Positions 33,883 through 44,996 are shown, numbered from the stretch's first letter. The stretch is DNA of 64,000 nucleotides from Candidatus Norongarragalinales archaeon (GCA_038884755.1 JAWABJ010000001.1:251378-315377); one strand, 5' to 3'. A program made the numbers and translations. The notes: generated by a model from the sequence alone, not told the origin.

Positions 33883-35262
33883 CTATTTCCGGTATTTCTT
33901 TCCGTACTTTTGCAGGTGCTCGGGTTTCACCCTCTTCAACTCGCCTTCCGGAATCATGGAAAGCAAATCCCAGCCTAGCTCGAGCGACTGTTCAATGGTT
34001 CGGTTTTCGTGGTATCCTTGCTGGACGAAACGCTTTTCGAAAGCGTCGGCGAAATTCAAGAATTTCTTGTCCCTTTCCGTCAGTGCTTCCTCGCCGACTA
34101 CCGCGACGAGGTTGCGCAAATCGCGTCCTTCGGCGTAGCCGGCGTAAAGCTGGTTGCTCACGCCCGAGTGGTCTTCTCGCGTGTGGCCCTCGCCAATGCC
34201 CAGGCTCATCAATCGCGACAGCGAAGGCAGGACGTCAATTGGAGGGTAGGTGTTCTTGCGGTGCAAATCACGACTCAACACTATTTGCCCTTCGGTAATA
34301 TAGCCAGTAAGGTCTGGAATTGGGTGGGTGATGTCTTCCTCGGGCATGGTGAGAATGGGGATTTGCGTTACCGTTCCTTTCTTTCCATGCACCGTTCCAG
34401 CGCGCTCGTAAAGAGACGCAAGGTCGGTGTACATGTAACCAGGGTATCCGCGTCGGCCGGGCACTTCCTGGCGCGCGGCGGCGATTTCTCGCAGTGCGTC
34501 GCAGTAGTTCGTCATATCCGTGAGAATAACGAGCACCTGCATTCCCTTCTCGAAAGCAAGGTATTCTGCAGTGGTTAGGGCAAGGCGCGGCGTGATGATT
34601 CTTTCGATGCTGGGGTCGTTAGCCAAATTCAAAAACAAAACGGCTTTTTCCAATGCTCCCGTTTTTTCGAAATCGCGCATGAAGAACTGTGCTTCGGCGT
34701 TGGTGATTCCCATTGCGGCGAACACCACTACGAACGATTCTTCCTTGCCCAACACTGTGGCTTGCCGTGCGATTTGCACTGCCAGTTCGTTGTGAGGCAA
34801 TCCTGCGGTGGAGAAAATCGGGAGTTTTTGTCCCCTGACGAGGGTGTTGAGCGCGTCAATAGTTGAAATGCCTGTTTGGATGAAGTCGTGCGGCTCTTGC
34901 CTTGAGTAAGGATTTATGGCCGCCCCGGTAACGTCAATTTTTTCTTTAGAAAGTATCGGTGAACCTCGGTCGATTGGCTCTCCGCTTCCGTTGAACACGC
35001 GCCCGAGCATTTCGCCGCTCACTGCCAATCGCAGGGTGTCTCCACTGAAGCGGATGCGCGTTTCTTTCGTGTCCAAGCCCGTAGTTACCCCGAATATTTG
35101 CACTGCGGCAAGCCCTTTAGACGATTCCAAAACTTGTCCTTTCTTGCGCTCGCCGTCGGGAAGGATTACTTCCACCGTTTCGTTGTAAGCAGCGTCGGCA
35201 ACGCCTTCGACTAAAACTATCGGCCCGAAAACTTCCCTTACGGTCTGGTATTCCTTAATCAT
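33883..35262 (-). CDS. atpB: A-type ATP synthase subunit B
   Basis: 459 aa, the non-catalytic B-subunit pattern, adjacent to atpA. Confidence 0.93.
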   Translation of the reverse strand: MIKEYQTVREVFGPIVLVEGVADAAYNETVEVILPDGERKKGQVLESSKGLAAVQIFGVTTGLDTKETRIRFSGDTLRLAVSGEMLGRVFNGSGEPIDRGSPILSKEKIDVTGAAINPYSRQEPHDFIQTGISTIDALNTLVRGQKLPIFSTAGLPHNELAVQIARQATVLGKEESFVVVFAAMGITNAEAQFFMRDFEKTGALEKAVLFLNLANDPSIERIITPRLALTTAEYLAFEKGMQVLVILTDMTNYCDALREIAAARQEVPGRRGYPGYMYTDLASLYERAGTVHGKKGTVTQIPILTMPEEDITHPIPDLTGYITEGQIVLSRDLHRKNTYPPIDVLPSLSRLMSLGIGEGHTREDHSGVSNQLYAGYAEGRDLRNLVAVVGEEALTERDKKFLNFADAFEKRFVQQGYHENRTIEQSLELGWDLLSMIPEGELKRVKPEHLQKYGKKYRK

Positions 35263-35274
35263 CCAAAACCACCT

Positions 35275-37008
35275 TTATTTTGCCATCAAGCTCTTGTCCA
35301 TCGAGTGCGTTATTTCAGCGCACTTTTTTTCTATCTCGTTTTCAGGAACGCGCTTCAACTGCGCGATAGCTTCCTTTTCTTTTATGCCTACGATTTTGTC
35401 GTAAGGCATTTCGCCCGCCAGTGCAACCGCCGCCTTGTCGTAATAATGCAAAATCAGTTTGAGCATCAAATACTGTTTTTTGAGGCTGTTTGACGCGTCG
35501 ACGGGGTCGAACGCGAATTGCTGCAGGAAGTCTTCGCGAATCATTTTCGCTGCATCCAAAACCAAGCGTTCTTTTTCGGGAATTGCGTCTGGCCCGATCA
35601 ACTGCACGATGTTCTGGAGTTCGGCTTCCTTTTGCAGGAGCTCCATCGCCCTCATGCGTACGGACGAAAAGTCTTGCGAAACTTTTTCCGCGTACCATTC
35701 TTCGAAGTACGGGAGGTATAGCGAGTAGGATTTCAGCCAGTTGATTGCCGGAAAATGACGGCGTCTTGCCAGCGAAGCGTCGAGGGCCCAGAACGATTTC
35801 GTGATGCGCAGCGTGCCTTGGGAAACTGGCTCGCTGATGTCTCCTCCCGGCGGGGAAACAGCGCCTACGACCGTGACGCTTCCCTCGCGGTTTTTCGAGC
35901 CTATGCACTCGACGCGCCCGGAACGTTCGTAAAACTCTGCGAGTTTTCTGGAAAGATATGCAGGATATCCTTCTTCTCCCGGCATTTCTTCCAGGCGCCC
36001 TCCTATTTCCCTCAAGGCTTCAGCCCAACGCGACGTCGAGTCGGCCATGAGCGCGACATCGAAGCCCATGTCGCGGAAGTATTCCGCAATCGTGATGCCC
36101 GTGTAAATGCTGGCTTCGCGCGCTGCGACAGGCATGTTTGAAGTGTTTGCTATAAGCACGGTTCGTTCCATCAACGGCCTTCCTGTCGTAGGGTCTTCGA
36201 GTTTGGGAAACGTGGCGAGCACTTCGGTCATTTCGTTTCCACGTTCGCCGCACCCCACGTAAACCACGATTTGCGCTTTCGCAAATTTGGCGAGCGATTG
36301 CTGCGTGACGGTCTTTCCGCTTCCGAACGGGCCGGGAATGGCCGCGGCCCCGCCCATCGCGACTGGAAAGAATGTGTCGATGATGCGCATTCCCGTTACA
36401 AGCGGTTGGTCGAAGGGCTTTTTGCTCTTGAATGGTCGCGCAACGCGCACGGGCCACTTTTGCATCATGCTGATTTTCTTTCCGCCAACGATTGCGATAG
36501 TTTCTTCGACAGTGTGCTTTCCGTCCTTTATTTCCTCGATTTTCCCTTCGACGCTCGGAGGCACTAGAATCTTGTGCACGATGTTTTTTTCCCGCACTTC
36601 GCCTATGCAGTCTCCGCCTTTCACGTGCTCTCCTTTTTTCGCCGTCGCCTTGAATTCCCATTTCGCTTTCCTGTCGATTGAAGGGATGTTTACGCCTCGG
36701 GCTATGAACACGCCCGTTTTCTCGCGGATGACGTCCAGCGGGCGTTGGGTTCCGTCGAAAATTCCCGCGAGCAAGCCCGGGCCTAATTCCAATTCAAGTT
36801 GTGAGCCTGTTCCTTCGACCTTGTCGCCTGGCTTGAGGCCTGAAGTTTCCTCGTAAACTTGTATCGAAGCGCGGTCTTCCTTCAAGGCGATTATTTCGCC
36901 GATTAGTTCTTGCTTTCCGACTTTCACGACTTCGTTGATTTGGCTTCCTCGCATTCCACTGGCGATGATAAGCGGCCCAGAAATTTTTGCAATTTCACCC
37001 ATTTTCAA
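35275..37008 (-). CDS. atpA: A-type ATP synthase catalytic subunit A
   Basis: 577 aa with P-loop GPFGSGKTV. No intein-sized insertion. Confidence 0.95.
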   Translation of the reverse strand: MKMGEIAKISGPLIIASGMRGSQINEVVKVGKQELIGEIIALKEDRASIQVYEETSGLKPGDKVEGTGSQLELELGPGLLAGIFDGTQRPLDVIREKTGVFIARGVNIPSIDRKAKWEFKATAKKGEHVKGGDCIGEVREKNIVHKILVPPSVEGKIEEIKDGKHTVEETIAIVGGKKISMMQKWPVRVARPFKSKKPFDQPLVTGMRIIDTFFPVAMGGAAAIPGPFGSGKTVTQQSLAKFAKAQIVVYVGCGERGNEMTEVLATFPKLEDPTTGRPLMERTVLIANTSNMPVAAREASIYTGITIAEYFRDMGFDVALMADSTSRWAEALREIGGRLEEMPGEEGYPAYLSRKLAEFYERSGRVECIGSKNREGSVTVVGAVSPPGGDISEPVSQGTLRITKSFWALDASLARRRHFPAINWLKSYSLYLPYFEEWYAEKVSQDFSSVRMRAMELLQKEAELQNIVQLIGPDAIPEKERLVLDAAKMIREDFLQQFAFDPVDASNSLKKQYLMLKLILHYYDKAAVALAGEMPYDKIVGIKEKEAIAQLKRVPENEIEKKCAEITHSMDKSLMAK

Positions 37009-37026
37009 AACTCACCTTTTTTTTTT

Positions 37027-37344
37027 TCATTTTTCAGCTAAGTCAACGCCAATCGCGCGTTTTACCATCGCGCTTATGCTTTCCCCGCCGGCTTGCGTCT
37101 TCCCGCTTTTTCCTGGGATTGAAATCACTATGGGCTTGGTGCTGGCTTCCAATCGTTTTTTGGTTTTAAGCGCAAGGAAGGGAATCAGGTCTTCGTCCAA
37201 AATCACCAGCCCCACTTTCTCGTCGTCCATGAGCGCGTTGAGCTTCGAGTCGGCGTTTTGAGAATCGCATTCTGCCGTAATGCGTATTCCGGCAAGCTTA
37301 TACCCCACTAGCACTTCAGGAAAGCCGACTGCCGCAATCTCCAT
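37027..37344 (-). CDS. atpF: A-type ATP synthase subunit F
   Basis: 105 aa, assigned by operon position and the VGFPEVLVGYKLAGI pattern. Confidence 0.85.
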   Translation of the reverse strand: MEIAAVGFPEVLVGYKLAGIRITAECDSQNADSKLNALMDDEKVGLVILDEDLIPFLALKTKKRLEASTKPIVISIPGKSGKTQAGGESISAMVKRAIGVDLAEK

Positions 37345-37362
37345 TTTCTTTCACACAACCTT

Positions 37363-38370
37363 TCAAGCGTTTATCGCGAAAACGTACTGGCCTATTTCGC
37401 CCGTCAGGTCGAAGGCGTTGGCGTAGGCTATCTTGCGCAAGTTTGAAACTTCGACGCCCTTGAGGAAAACGAACCCGACGATGGTTGCGAAGTCCATGAC
37501 GCTTCTTTTCGACAATGCAAGCATTTTCGAGACCGTTTTCCTTTCCAGCGCGATTTCGAACAGTGGAAGCGACTGTTTGGCCTTCGCCGTTTCTTCCGTG
37601 CTAAGGCCGAAAGCTTCGACCACTTCCTTCAGCGCCGCGTCGTAGTCCTGCGCTTGCAGCATTCGCGCGACGAGCGCGTTTTTGTAGGAAACTTGTTCCT
37701 CCGCGTTCTTGACACCTTCCTTTTTCAGCCTCAGCACGGCCATGGCGTTTTCCAGGGCAAGCTGCTGCCCGATTATTTTTGCGGTAAGCGGGTCTGCTTT
37801 CGCGGCGAGCGTTTGCAACTGTCTTGCCCTCTCGCCTTCAATCTCACGTATGGCCTGCTTCAAGTCCGGATTGCGTTTCGCCATTTCCCTGATTTTGTTC
37901 TTGAACCTGCGCGAGCCCCACTTGGAGGCGATCGCCTCGAGCGCTTCAGGCAGGGTTTTGGCGGTAAGGGCGGGCGCATAAATCCTTTCGTTCTTGCCGC
38001 CTAAAGCTAAAAGCTCTTCCCTCGCGGTTTCCATTCCCAGCGCTTTCTTTGAAAGTATGAGCTTGAAGTTTTGCGCGTCCCACTCGCAGGCTAGCGCAGA
38101 GAACAGCCGCCTTCCTTCGGAAGGGAGGACTTTCCCGACTTTCGCCATGGTTTTCGCCATGTTCGCGTGCAAAGCGACGTCTATCCTCTGCACGCCGGAA
38201 TAGCTTTTTGAGGCTTCCACCAAATCCTGCTTGTACGGCGTCTGCTCGAGGATTGCGGTGATTTCGTCCATGGTTTTCACTTGCATAAGCTCGCGGAAAG
38301 CGTTTTCGTCGAGTAGGTTGCTCCTCATTCCCTTGACGCGCGCGTTTGCGTAAGCGTAACTCAAGTCCAT
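37363..38370 (-). CDS. atpC: A-type ATP synthase subunit C
   Basis: The start MDLSYAYANARVKGMRS at 38370 is typical for subunit C. The track start at 38523 would overlap atpE. Confidence 0.85.
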   Translation of the reverse strand: MDLSYAYANARVKGMRSNLLDENAFRELMQVKTMDEITAILEQTPYKQDLVEASKSYSGVQRIDVALHANMAKTMAKVGKVLPSEGRRLFSALACEWDAQNFKLILSKKALGMETAREELLALGGKNERIYAPALTAKTLPEALEAIASKWGSRRFKNKIREMAKRNPDLKQAIREIEGERARQLQTLAAKADPLTAKIIGQQLALENAMAVLRLKKEGVKNAEEQVSYKNALVARMLQAQDYDAALKEVVEAFGLSTEETAKAKQSLPLFEIALERKTVSKMLALSKRSVMDFATIVGFVFLKGVEVSNLRKIAYANAFDLTGEIGQYVFAINA

Positions 38371-38377
38371 GCGTTTT

Positions 38378-39025
38378 TCACTTTCCTCTTTTCTTTTTCT
38401 CCCGCCCGCCGGATTTTGCCTCTCGCTTCGGGGCGGAAGGAGCGTGCTTCGCACGAGTTGCGAAAAGCCCTTCGAACGCCTTTTGCTTGATTTTCTCTTG
38501 ATGTTCTTCAAGCAAGGCTTCAAACGTGTTGTTTATTTGAATGCTTCCGTCGGCCTTGGCCGCAATCAAACCTCCAGCAGTGCTTATGGTTTCTGAAACG
38601 CGCCCGTGCTTCGAGCCGAGTTTCTTGTCGCGCGCGTTGGTTTTCAGCACGAATTCTTTTTCCCCTAGCGCGCGTATGGCCTGCTTTGCGAGCGAGTCGA
38701 AAATTTTTTCGTAAGCCTTGGTTTTGGAAAAGCTTTCCAACTCCCTTTTGACTTCGCCGAGCACGCTTTCGACTACCTCTTCTTTCGCTTCGCTTTCGAC
38801 GCGTTTTGCCTGCAGCAATGCTGATGCTTTTAGTTCCGCCGCAAGTTCTTTCGCCTGCGTTTCACCCAGTTTTTGTTTTTCGGCGACGATCGCCTTGGCT
38901 TTTTCCTTGGCTTCGCCGATAATCTTGTCTCGCTCGCGCTCGGCTTCGTCCAAAATCGCCTTGGCTTGCCTTTCGGCTTGCAAAAGCACCTCGTGTTTCA
39001 GTTTTTCCAAGCTCATGCCGTTCAC
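38378..39025 (-). CDS. atpE: A-type ATP synthase subunit E
   Basis: 215 aa with a long N-terminal charged helix. Assigned by operon position. Confidence 0.85.
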   Translation of the reverse strand: MNGMSLEKLKHEVLLQAERQAKAILDEAERERDKIIGEAKEKAKAIVAEKQKLGETQAKELAAELKASALLQAKRVESEAKEEVVESVLGEVKRELESFSKTKAYEKIFDSLAKQAIRALGEKEFVLKTNARDKKLGSKHGRVSETISTAGGLIAAKADGSIQINNTFEALLEEHQEKIKQKAFEGLFATRAKHAPSAPKREAKSGGREKKKRGK

Positions 39026-39067
39026 TTTCCCCCCCGTTCCTTCGTATGCCCGGGGGTGAGCCGTGAT

Positions 39068-39298
39068 TCAGCCGCCCATCTTTCCGAGCAGAAAGAACGC
39101 TATGACGAAACCAAGGATTACGATGGTTTCGGGCAAGGCGAGCATGATTAGCACCTGTCCTTCCTTGCCTTCTTTTTCGGCCATCAAGCCGAGTCCGGCG
39201 GCTCCGATGCTCGACTGCGCCAATCCCGTGCCCAACGCTGCCAGGCCTACTGCCAATCCGGCTCCGACGGCAATCAAGCCGGGTCCAAAGTCTACCAT
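39068..39298 (-). CDS. atpK: A-type ATP synthase proteolipid subunit K (c)
   Basis: 76 aa single hairpin with a Gly-rich helix 1 and the ion-binding carboxylate in LALPETIVILGF. Confidence 0.9.
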   Translation of the reverse strand: MVDFGPGLIAVGAGLAVGLAALGTGLAQSSIGAAGLGLMAEKEGKEGQVLIMLALPETIVILGFVIAFFLLGKMGG

Positions 39299-39354
39299 TT
39301 CGTTTTACACCTCTTTTTTTCGTTAGCTTAAAATACGCGTGACGCGAGAAAACC

Positions 39355-41250
39355 TTAGTCCTCCCTCAAAGGCACGAATCGCGTGCCTCCACCCTTGTAA
39401 AACTTGGAGTAAAATTCTACGTAATGCAGCCTTAAAGACTGTATTCCTGCTTCGAGCAGGCCGAGTGCAATCGCAACCGCGTGTCCCAGCACTAGCATGA
39501 TTGCGAAGAGGATGAACGAAACTATTGCGCTTGGCTGGAGGGTTGCGAGCGAAGCGAAGTCAAGCGGTATTGTCGCCACTATGCCGGCGAGCGCGACGCC
39601 GCTCAGTCCCAAAGCCATTATTCTCAAGTATGAGAGGACGTTGGAGAAGAGCGATGGGATTTCCATGAGCTGCACCGGCCCTTCGAAGTAGACCAATCCG
39701 GCGATTCCCGCGGTGAACAGCCCCAAGTCGAAGGGCGACGGGATTATCCTCAAGAATTGCAGGTATTCCGTGAAAATCAAGTGCATGGAATTAGCGAGGA
39801 ATGCGATGAACCCGAAGAGTATGGCAAGCCACGAGATTTTCGCGTAAGCGTGGTTGTAGTGCTTTTCGCGAACGCCTTGCCACGCGCCCAAAACCAGCCC
39901 GAGCGTAATGTGCAGGAATCCGATTAGCACGCTCAACGCGAAAAGCACTTCGATTCCGTGCTCGTGGACGCGGGAAAGCAAAGGCGTGAAGTGGTATCCA
40001 AAAACCTCTTCCAGCCCGAATATTTCCGCGTAAATGAAGCCGAAAACAATTGTGGATATGGCGCTTAGCGCGAGCATTCCGCCTATGCTGTTGAAAACCC
40101 CTTTCTTGAACTTGAGCATGAAATACACGCCGAGCAAAAGCAGGATTAGGCCGTAGCCAATGTCGCCCAAAATCATGCCGAAAAACAACGGGAACGTGAT
40201 TGCCGTGAAGAACGTCGGGTCAATTTCCCTGTAGCGCGGGAGGGAAAAGAATTCCACCATGAACTCGAACGGGCGCAGGGCGAAAATGTTCTTGAGCTTC
40301 GTGGGAGGCATTTCGCGAGTTTCCACCTTCTCGACGAGCGTCCTGTTGTCCAGCCTTTCGGAAAGGGTTTTTTCCAGCTCGCGAAAGCTTTTCTCGGCCA
40401 CCCAGCCTTCGGCGCAACTCGCCATTTGCGTCTGCCCGAATTTCGAGGGAAGCTCGGCTTTCTTGAACTCCCTTTCTAAAGCCTTTCTCAAGGATACTAT
40501 CCGCGAGCCGTGTTTGGCAGAGAAAGAAGCGAGTTCATTGTTCAACGCGTAAATGCGTTTTTGCGTTTCCGCGATTTGCTTTCGGGTTTCGGCGTAATCG
40601 CGGGAGGGCAAGTCGCATTGCGGCAGGGAAACTTCCTTTGCAAAGGCCGAAAGCGCTTGCCTCGCCTTGTCTGCCTTCCTCTTGTCCCAGGCGGCGAGGA
40701 CTTTCGCGCTTTTCCCTTCGCCCAACGCTATGGCCTGCCCGAATTCGCGCGCTTTCGCAAGGGTTTTCTGCAAATCGCCGGTTTCGAACAGCGCGAACTC
40801 GAGGATTTGCGTTTGCGACTGGATTCTGCCCAAATGCAAGTCGAGGTTTTTGAAAGTCGCGAGCTCGCGCTCCTTGTTTTTCAAGTCGCTGAGCCTGCTT
40901 TCAAGCTCTTGTTTTTCCGAAACCAGCGCGTCCAGGCTTGAGAGCGGGATTGCTGCAAAACGGCTTTCGGTTTCGACGAGGTTTCCTGTAAAGGGAATAC
41001 CGTGGTTTTTCAACCCAAGCGTGCTTTCCGCAGCCCGTGCTTTCACGAGCATTTTGGAAACGGTTTCAAGCGCGTGCGAAGGCGCGCCGGGGCTGAAGGT
41101 TTTCGAGCGGGTGACGTGAATCGCTCCAAACTCGTACAAAGCCTGCACCACCGCGTCCAAGTCCTTGTTGGTGCACAGCACGCGCGCTTTCGCCATGGGT
41201 TCTACGTCAAACAATCCAAAAACCTTTTTCGCTTTTTCAGTTTTTTGCAA
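39355..41250 (-). CDS. atpI: A-type ATP synthase subunit I (a)
   Basis: 631 aa with a soluble N-terminal half and a polytopic C-terminal half. Assigned by operon position. Confidence 0.9.
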   Translation of the reverse strand: MQKTEKAKKVFGLFDVEPMAKARVLCTNKDLDAVVQALYEFGAIHVTRSKTFSPGAPSHALETVSKMLVKARAAESTLGLKNHGIPFTGNLVETESRFAAIPLSSLDALVSEKQELESRLSDLKNKERELATFKNLDLHLGRIQSQTQILEFALFETGDLQKTLAKAREFGQAIALGEGKSAKVLAAWDKRKADKARQALSAFAKEVSLPQCDLPSRDYAETRKQIAETQKRIYALNNELASFSAKHGSRIVSLRKALEREFKKAELPSKFGQTQMASCAEGWVAEKSFRELEKTLSERLDNRTLVEKVETREMPPTKLKNIFALRPFEFMVEFFSLPRYREIDPTFFTAITFPLFFGMILGDIGYGLILLLLGVYFMLKFKKGVFNSIGGMLALSAISTIVFGFIYAEIFGLEEVFGYHFTPLLSRVHEHGIEVLFALSVLIGFLHITLGLVLGAWQGVREKHYNHAYAKISWLAILFGFIAFLANSMHLIFTEYLQFLRIIPSPFDLGLFTAGIAGLVYFEGPVQLMEIPSLFSNVLSYLRIMALGLSGVALAGIVATIPLDFASLATLQPSAIVSFILFAIMLVLGHAVAIALGLLEAGIQSLRLHYVEFYSKFYKGGGTRFVPLRED

Positions 41251-41265
41251 CGCGCGAGAAAAGCG

Positions 41266-41634
41266 TCAGTGGGGCGGGAGGATTTCTTTCGCAAGCTTCG
41301 AGGCGAGCTGCTTGAACCCTTTTTTCTTGATTTCCGCAGCTTTGGTGTGTGCTTCCGCCAGGATTTTACTGTTTTCAGCCTCGACCTCTGCTTTCTTCGC
41401 GTTCACTATCGCCTCGCGCTTTTCCTCCGCTTCCAGCTCGGCGTTTGAAACAATTTCGCTCGCCTTTTGCCTGGCTTTCGCGACCGTTTCCGACGCCTGC
41501 TCCTGAGCTTTCGCAAGGATTTTTTTCGCGTGCTCTTCCGCGCCGGCGACTTCCTCGACGCTCTTGCTGAAAGCCGCCGGTTCATCGCGTGGATGGCCGT
41601 GTTCGGACAACGTAACCCCTCTTTTTTTTTCCAT
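41266..41634 (-). CDS. atpH: A-type ATP synthase subunit H
   Basis: 122 aa, Ala/Glu/Lys-rich helix. First gene of the operon. Confidence 0.75.
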   Translation of the reverse strand: MEKKRGVTLSEHGHPRDEPAAFSKSVEEVAGAEEHAKKILAKAQEQASETVAKARQKASEIVSNAELEAEEKREAIVNAKKAEVEAENSKILAEAHTKAAEIKKKGFKQLASKLAKEILPPH

Positions 41635-41805
41635 AGGAAAAAGCGTTTCAACTAAGGACGCTTTTCAAATAGAATTTAAAGCACGTATGTATTTAAACAT
41701 TATTTAGCATCGGGACTATTGGATTGCCGTTCCAAGAAAATACCCGGAAAATATTTTCCCGTATTGTCTGTAATGTTTTTTAGCGCCGCGCGCATGGGTG
41801 TTGTG

Positions 41806-43062
41806 ATGGTTGAACACAAGGTGAAGGACGCGTTCCTGAAAGACGCGGGCTTGAAGAAAATAAACTGGGCGAGGAAGCACATGCCCGTGCTGGAAGGCAT
41901 AAAGGCGGATTTCGAAAAGCGCAAGCCTTTGAAGGGGCAGCGTATCGCCTGCTGCCTGCACGTTACAAAGGAAACTGCCGTTTTGATGGAAACGCTCAAG
42001 GCAGGCGGGGCGCAAGTGGCCCTATGCCAATCCAACCCGCTGAGCACGCAGGACGACGTTGCAGCCTCTCTTGTCGCGGAAGGCATAAGCGTTTTCGCCT
42101 GGCGGGGTGTGGACAAGGAAGGTTATTACTGGTCGCTCAACAAAGTTCTCGACATCAAACCCACGATTACCATCGACGACGGGGCGGACTTGATTACGGA
42201 AATCCACACCAAACGCACTGCGTTGGTGAAAGGCGTTTTGGGCGGGCAGGAGGAGACCACCACCGGCGTAATACGCTTGCGTGCTTTGGCCAAGGACGGG
42301 AAGCTCTTGTACCCCGTCATTGCAGTGAACGACACGCCCACGAAGCACTTGTTCGACAATTACTACGGCACTTCACAGTCCACCATAGACGGGATACTGC
42401 GCGCGACGAACGTTTTGATTGCGGGAACTACGTTCGTAATCGCGGGGTACGGCGATTGCGGAAAGGGACTGGCGGAAAGAGCGAAAGGCATGGGCGCGAG
42501 CGTGGTAGTCGTCGAGCCGAGGCCAGTCGAGGCTTTGCGGGCGCATTTGAACGGGTTCAGGGTGATGCCCATGCGCGAGGCTGCAAAGCTCGCGGACATA
42601 ATAGTTACCGTCACGGGCAACAAGCACGTGATTCGCGAAGAGCACTTCAAGAACTTGAAAGACGGGACGATAATCGCGAACTCGGGGCATTTCAACGTTG
42701 AAATAGACGTTGCCGCGCTGGAAAAAACGAGCAAATCCAAAAGCGAAATTCGCGACAACGTGGTTGAGTATGAGCTGAAGGACGGGCGGAAGGTTTTCGT
42801 GCTTGCGGAAGGGCGTTTGGTGAACTTGAGCGCTGCCGAAGGGCATCCGAGCGAAGTGATGGACTTGAGCTTTTCAAACCAGGCTTTGTGTTCTGCGTAT
42901 CTTGCAGAGCATTCTAAGCTTTTGGAAAAAAAGGTTTACGACGTGCCGCACGAGATCGACGAGAGGATAGCACGGTTGAAGCTCAAGTCTCTTGGTGTGG
43001 AAACCGAAAAACTGACTCCAGAACAGGAAAAGTACCTGCAATCTTGGCTCGAAGGAACTTGA
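41806..43062 (+). CDS. ahcY: adenosylhomocysteinase family (SAH or S-inosylhomocysteine hydrolase)
   Basis: The ATG at 41806 gives MVEHKVKDAFLKDAGLKKINWARKHMPVL. NAD-binding GYGDCGKG is present, and the 418 aa length is typical of archaeal enzymes. The track start at 41719 adds a non-homologous extension. Confidence 0.9.
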   Translation: MVEHKVKDAFLKDAGLKKINWARKHMPVLEGIKADFEKRKPLKGQRIACCLHVTKETAVLMETLKAGGAQVALCQSNPLSTQDDVAASLVAEGISVFAWRGVDKEGYYWSLNKVLDIKPTITIDDGADLITEIHTKRTALVKGVLGGQEETTTGVIRLRALAKDGKLLYPVIAVNDTPTKHLFDNYYGTSQSTIDGILRATNVLIAGTTFVIAGYGDCGKGLAERAKGMGASVVVVEPRPVEALRAHLNGFRVMPMREAAKLADIIVTVTGNKHVIREEHFKNLKDGTIIANSGHFNVEIDVAALEKTSKSKSEIRDNVVEYELKDGRKVFVLAEGRLVNLSAAEGHPSEVMDLSFSNQALCSAYLAEHSKLLEKKVYDVPHEIDERIARLKLKSLGVETEKLTPEQEKYLQSWLEGT

Positions 43063-43072
43063 GCTTTTTTTT

Positions 43073-43912
43073 TTACTTTCTTTTTCCCGTTTTTTCCTGC
43101 TTGCGGTTTTTCGGAGGAATCCACACCGCGGTTTGCGTTTTTGAGTAGAGGAAGTAAACCGCGCCCAGGCCGATTGCGAGGTAACCCGCGTAGTAGAGGA
43201 AGTCCACCTGATGCCCGGTTTGGTACAAGTCTTTTTCAACCAAGTATCCAAAGATGATGTCGAATATCGAGCGGGCGGCAAAAGCGAAAGCCAACAACAT
43301 CCAGTACCAGCGCGTTTGCTTATAGCCGAACTGCGTCGCCTCTTCGGAAAGTATGAGCGCTATTGAAAGTGAAACGACGAACAAGAGAAAGTCCCCAGCT
43401 ATGTAAGTGAGGTTGATCGTCCGTTCCAAACCCGTCGTCCCTGCCGTGAAAATCGATGGGGCGCTGAAAACCAGAATTGCGCTGATTATCGACGCGCCGA
43501 TTCCTGCTATGACGTTGAATTGCGACAAGCGGGTTTCGCCCAAAACGAATTTTCCGAACCACTTGACTAGCGCGAAAATCAAGAGCGGGTATCCCAAAAC
43601 CCAAAAAACGTCTGAAACGGAAGGAAACGGCGCCGGAATGTGCAGGAGGACTTCCTGGACGAGCCAGGCGACGTCGCCGAAAAACCACGCGAGAATGCCC
43701 ATGTGCACGAAAAGCCAAAAGCGCCTGTTCTCCTTGTCGTACTGCGAGGCTACGAACGCGGCGAGAGTGTAGTATACGGCGTAAAACGAAAATGCGACGT
43801 TCAGGACGTTTCCCGCGATGAAAACCGATCCGGCGTCAAGCGTTTTTATGAACGCGTGGAACAAGACAGCAAGCGCTACGAGCAAAACCCCGATTTTCTC
43901 TTCAAAACGCAT
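43073..43912 (-). CDS. polytopic membrane protein, function unknown
   Basis: 279 aa, about 7-8 hydrophobic helices, Lys-rich C-terminal tail. No catalytic motif recognised. Confidence 0.6.
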   Translation of the reverse strand: MRFEEKIGVLLVALAVLFHAFIKTLDAGSVFIAGNVLNVAFSFYAVYYTLAAFVASQYDKENRRFWLFVHMGILAWFFGDVAWLVQEVLLHIPAPFPSVSDVFWVLGYPLLIFALVKWFGKFVLGETRLSQFNVIAGIGASIISAILVFSAPSIFTAGTTGLERTINLTYIAGDFLLFVVSLSIALILSEEATQFGYKQTRWYWMLLAFAFAARSIFDIIFGYLVEKDLYQTGHQVDFLYYAGYLAIGLGAVYFLYSKTQTAVWIPPKNRKQEKTGKRK

Positions 43913-43921
43913 TTTCGGTTG

Positions 43922-44956
43922 TTACCTCGTTATTTGGAACGATTGGACTTCGCTCAAGTGCTCTTTCGCCTTCCCGCTTTCAAAGTGCTTTCTCGCCGGC
44001 GCCACGAGACCGTCGACTTCTGAAGCTACGGCGTTTTTAAAGTCCGCAGGATGCAATTCGCCTTTGGCGAAAGCCTCTTCGACTTGGGCGTAGGAGGAAA
44101 ACTCAGCGTCCCCGCCGAACTTCACCGGCCTTTCCACCTTGAAAGAATCCTTGCACACGAAAATCAAGTCGCGAGCGTAAGCAAGAACTGCATTCCCTTC
44201 GACGGTTTTCTCGGGGCAGAACGCTTTCGACAGCTTTCTTTTTATCTCATCGTGCGAGTCGTGGATGAATATTGCCGAATCGGGCTTGCTCTTGCTCATC
44301 TTGATTTCCTCTCCCGAAAGCGAGGAAAGCAATTTGTGGTGCAATGCAACAGGCGCGATCCACCCCATTTTCGGGAATACCTCGCGTGCGAGCATGTGCA
44401 CTTTCCGCTGGTCCATTCCCGCGTGCGCAATGTCCGCGCCCAAAAACTTGATGTCGACGCTTTGCATGGACGGGTAGATGTACTTCGCAACGTCCAGCGT
44501 CTCGCTTTCACTGCGCCCGAGTATTTGCATGGTGCGCGTGGCGCGCGCAAGCGTGACGTGAGTGGAAAAGCGCAGGACGCTCTGCCAGTATTCGTCGTTG
44601 TGGCGGTAAAGCTCGGTGCCGCGCACGATTTTCGCCTTGGGGCAGTAAAAGCGGAATGCTTCCTCGTAGTATTTCGAGGCGCTTTGGATTTTTCCGATGT
44701 CGCCGCCTAGCTTGCCGTTGATTACGGAATGCCAGTCGGCAAGGAAAACGGTGGTCTCGACGCCGGCTTTGGAAAGGTTGTTTATCACGCTTCCGCTCAC
44801 GAGCAGGGAGCCCACGTGCAACAACCCGGATATTTCAAAACCAATGTAGTGCTTCGGGTGCGCGTTGGTTTCGAAAAGCTGCTTCAGCTCGTCTTGCGTG
44901 ACGACTTCTTGAACAGGCGGCTTGAGCGCGAGGTCGAGTTTCGAATGCAAGTCCAT
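43922..44956 (-). CDS. tyrS: tyrosine--tRNA ligase (long archaeal type)
   Basis: Class I motifs GFEISGLLHVGS (HIGH-like) and KMSKSKP, plus LADWHSVINGKLGGD, GMDQRKVHMLARE and a C-terminal GELHPADFK. Confidence 0.8.
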   Translation of the reverse strand: MDLHSKLDLALKPPVQEVVTQDELKQLFETNAHPKHYIGFEISGLLHVGSLLVSGSVINNLSKAGVETTVFLADWHSVINGKLGGDIGKIQSASKYYEEAFRFYCPKAKIVRGTELYRHNDEYWQSVLRFSTHVTLARATRTMQILGRSESETLDVAKYIYPSMQSVDIKFLGADIAHAGMDQRKVHMLAREVFPKMGWIAPVALHHKLLSSLSGEEIKMSKSKPDSAIFIHDSHDEIKRKLSKAFCPEKTVEGNAVLAYARDLIFVCKDSFKVERPVKFGGDAEFSSYAQVEEAFAKGELHPADFKNAVASEVDGLVAPARKHFESGKAKEHLSEVQSFQITR

Positions 44957-44996
44957 GAAAAACCAGTTTTTATTATTTCACCGAGTAATAAAAACC

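Noticed and set aside
38371-38523. An upstream extension of atpC (MKPCLKNIKRKSSKRR...).
   Set aside because: It overlaps the 3' end of atpE in another frame. Subunit C homology starts at MDLSYAYANARVKG (38370).
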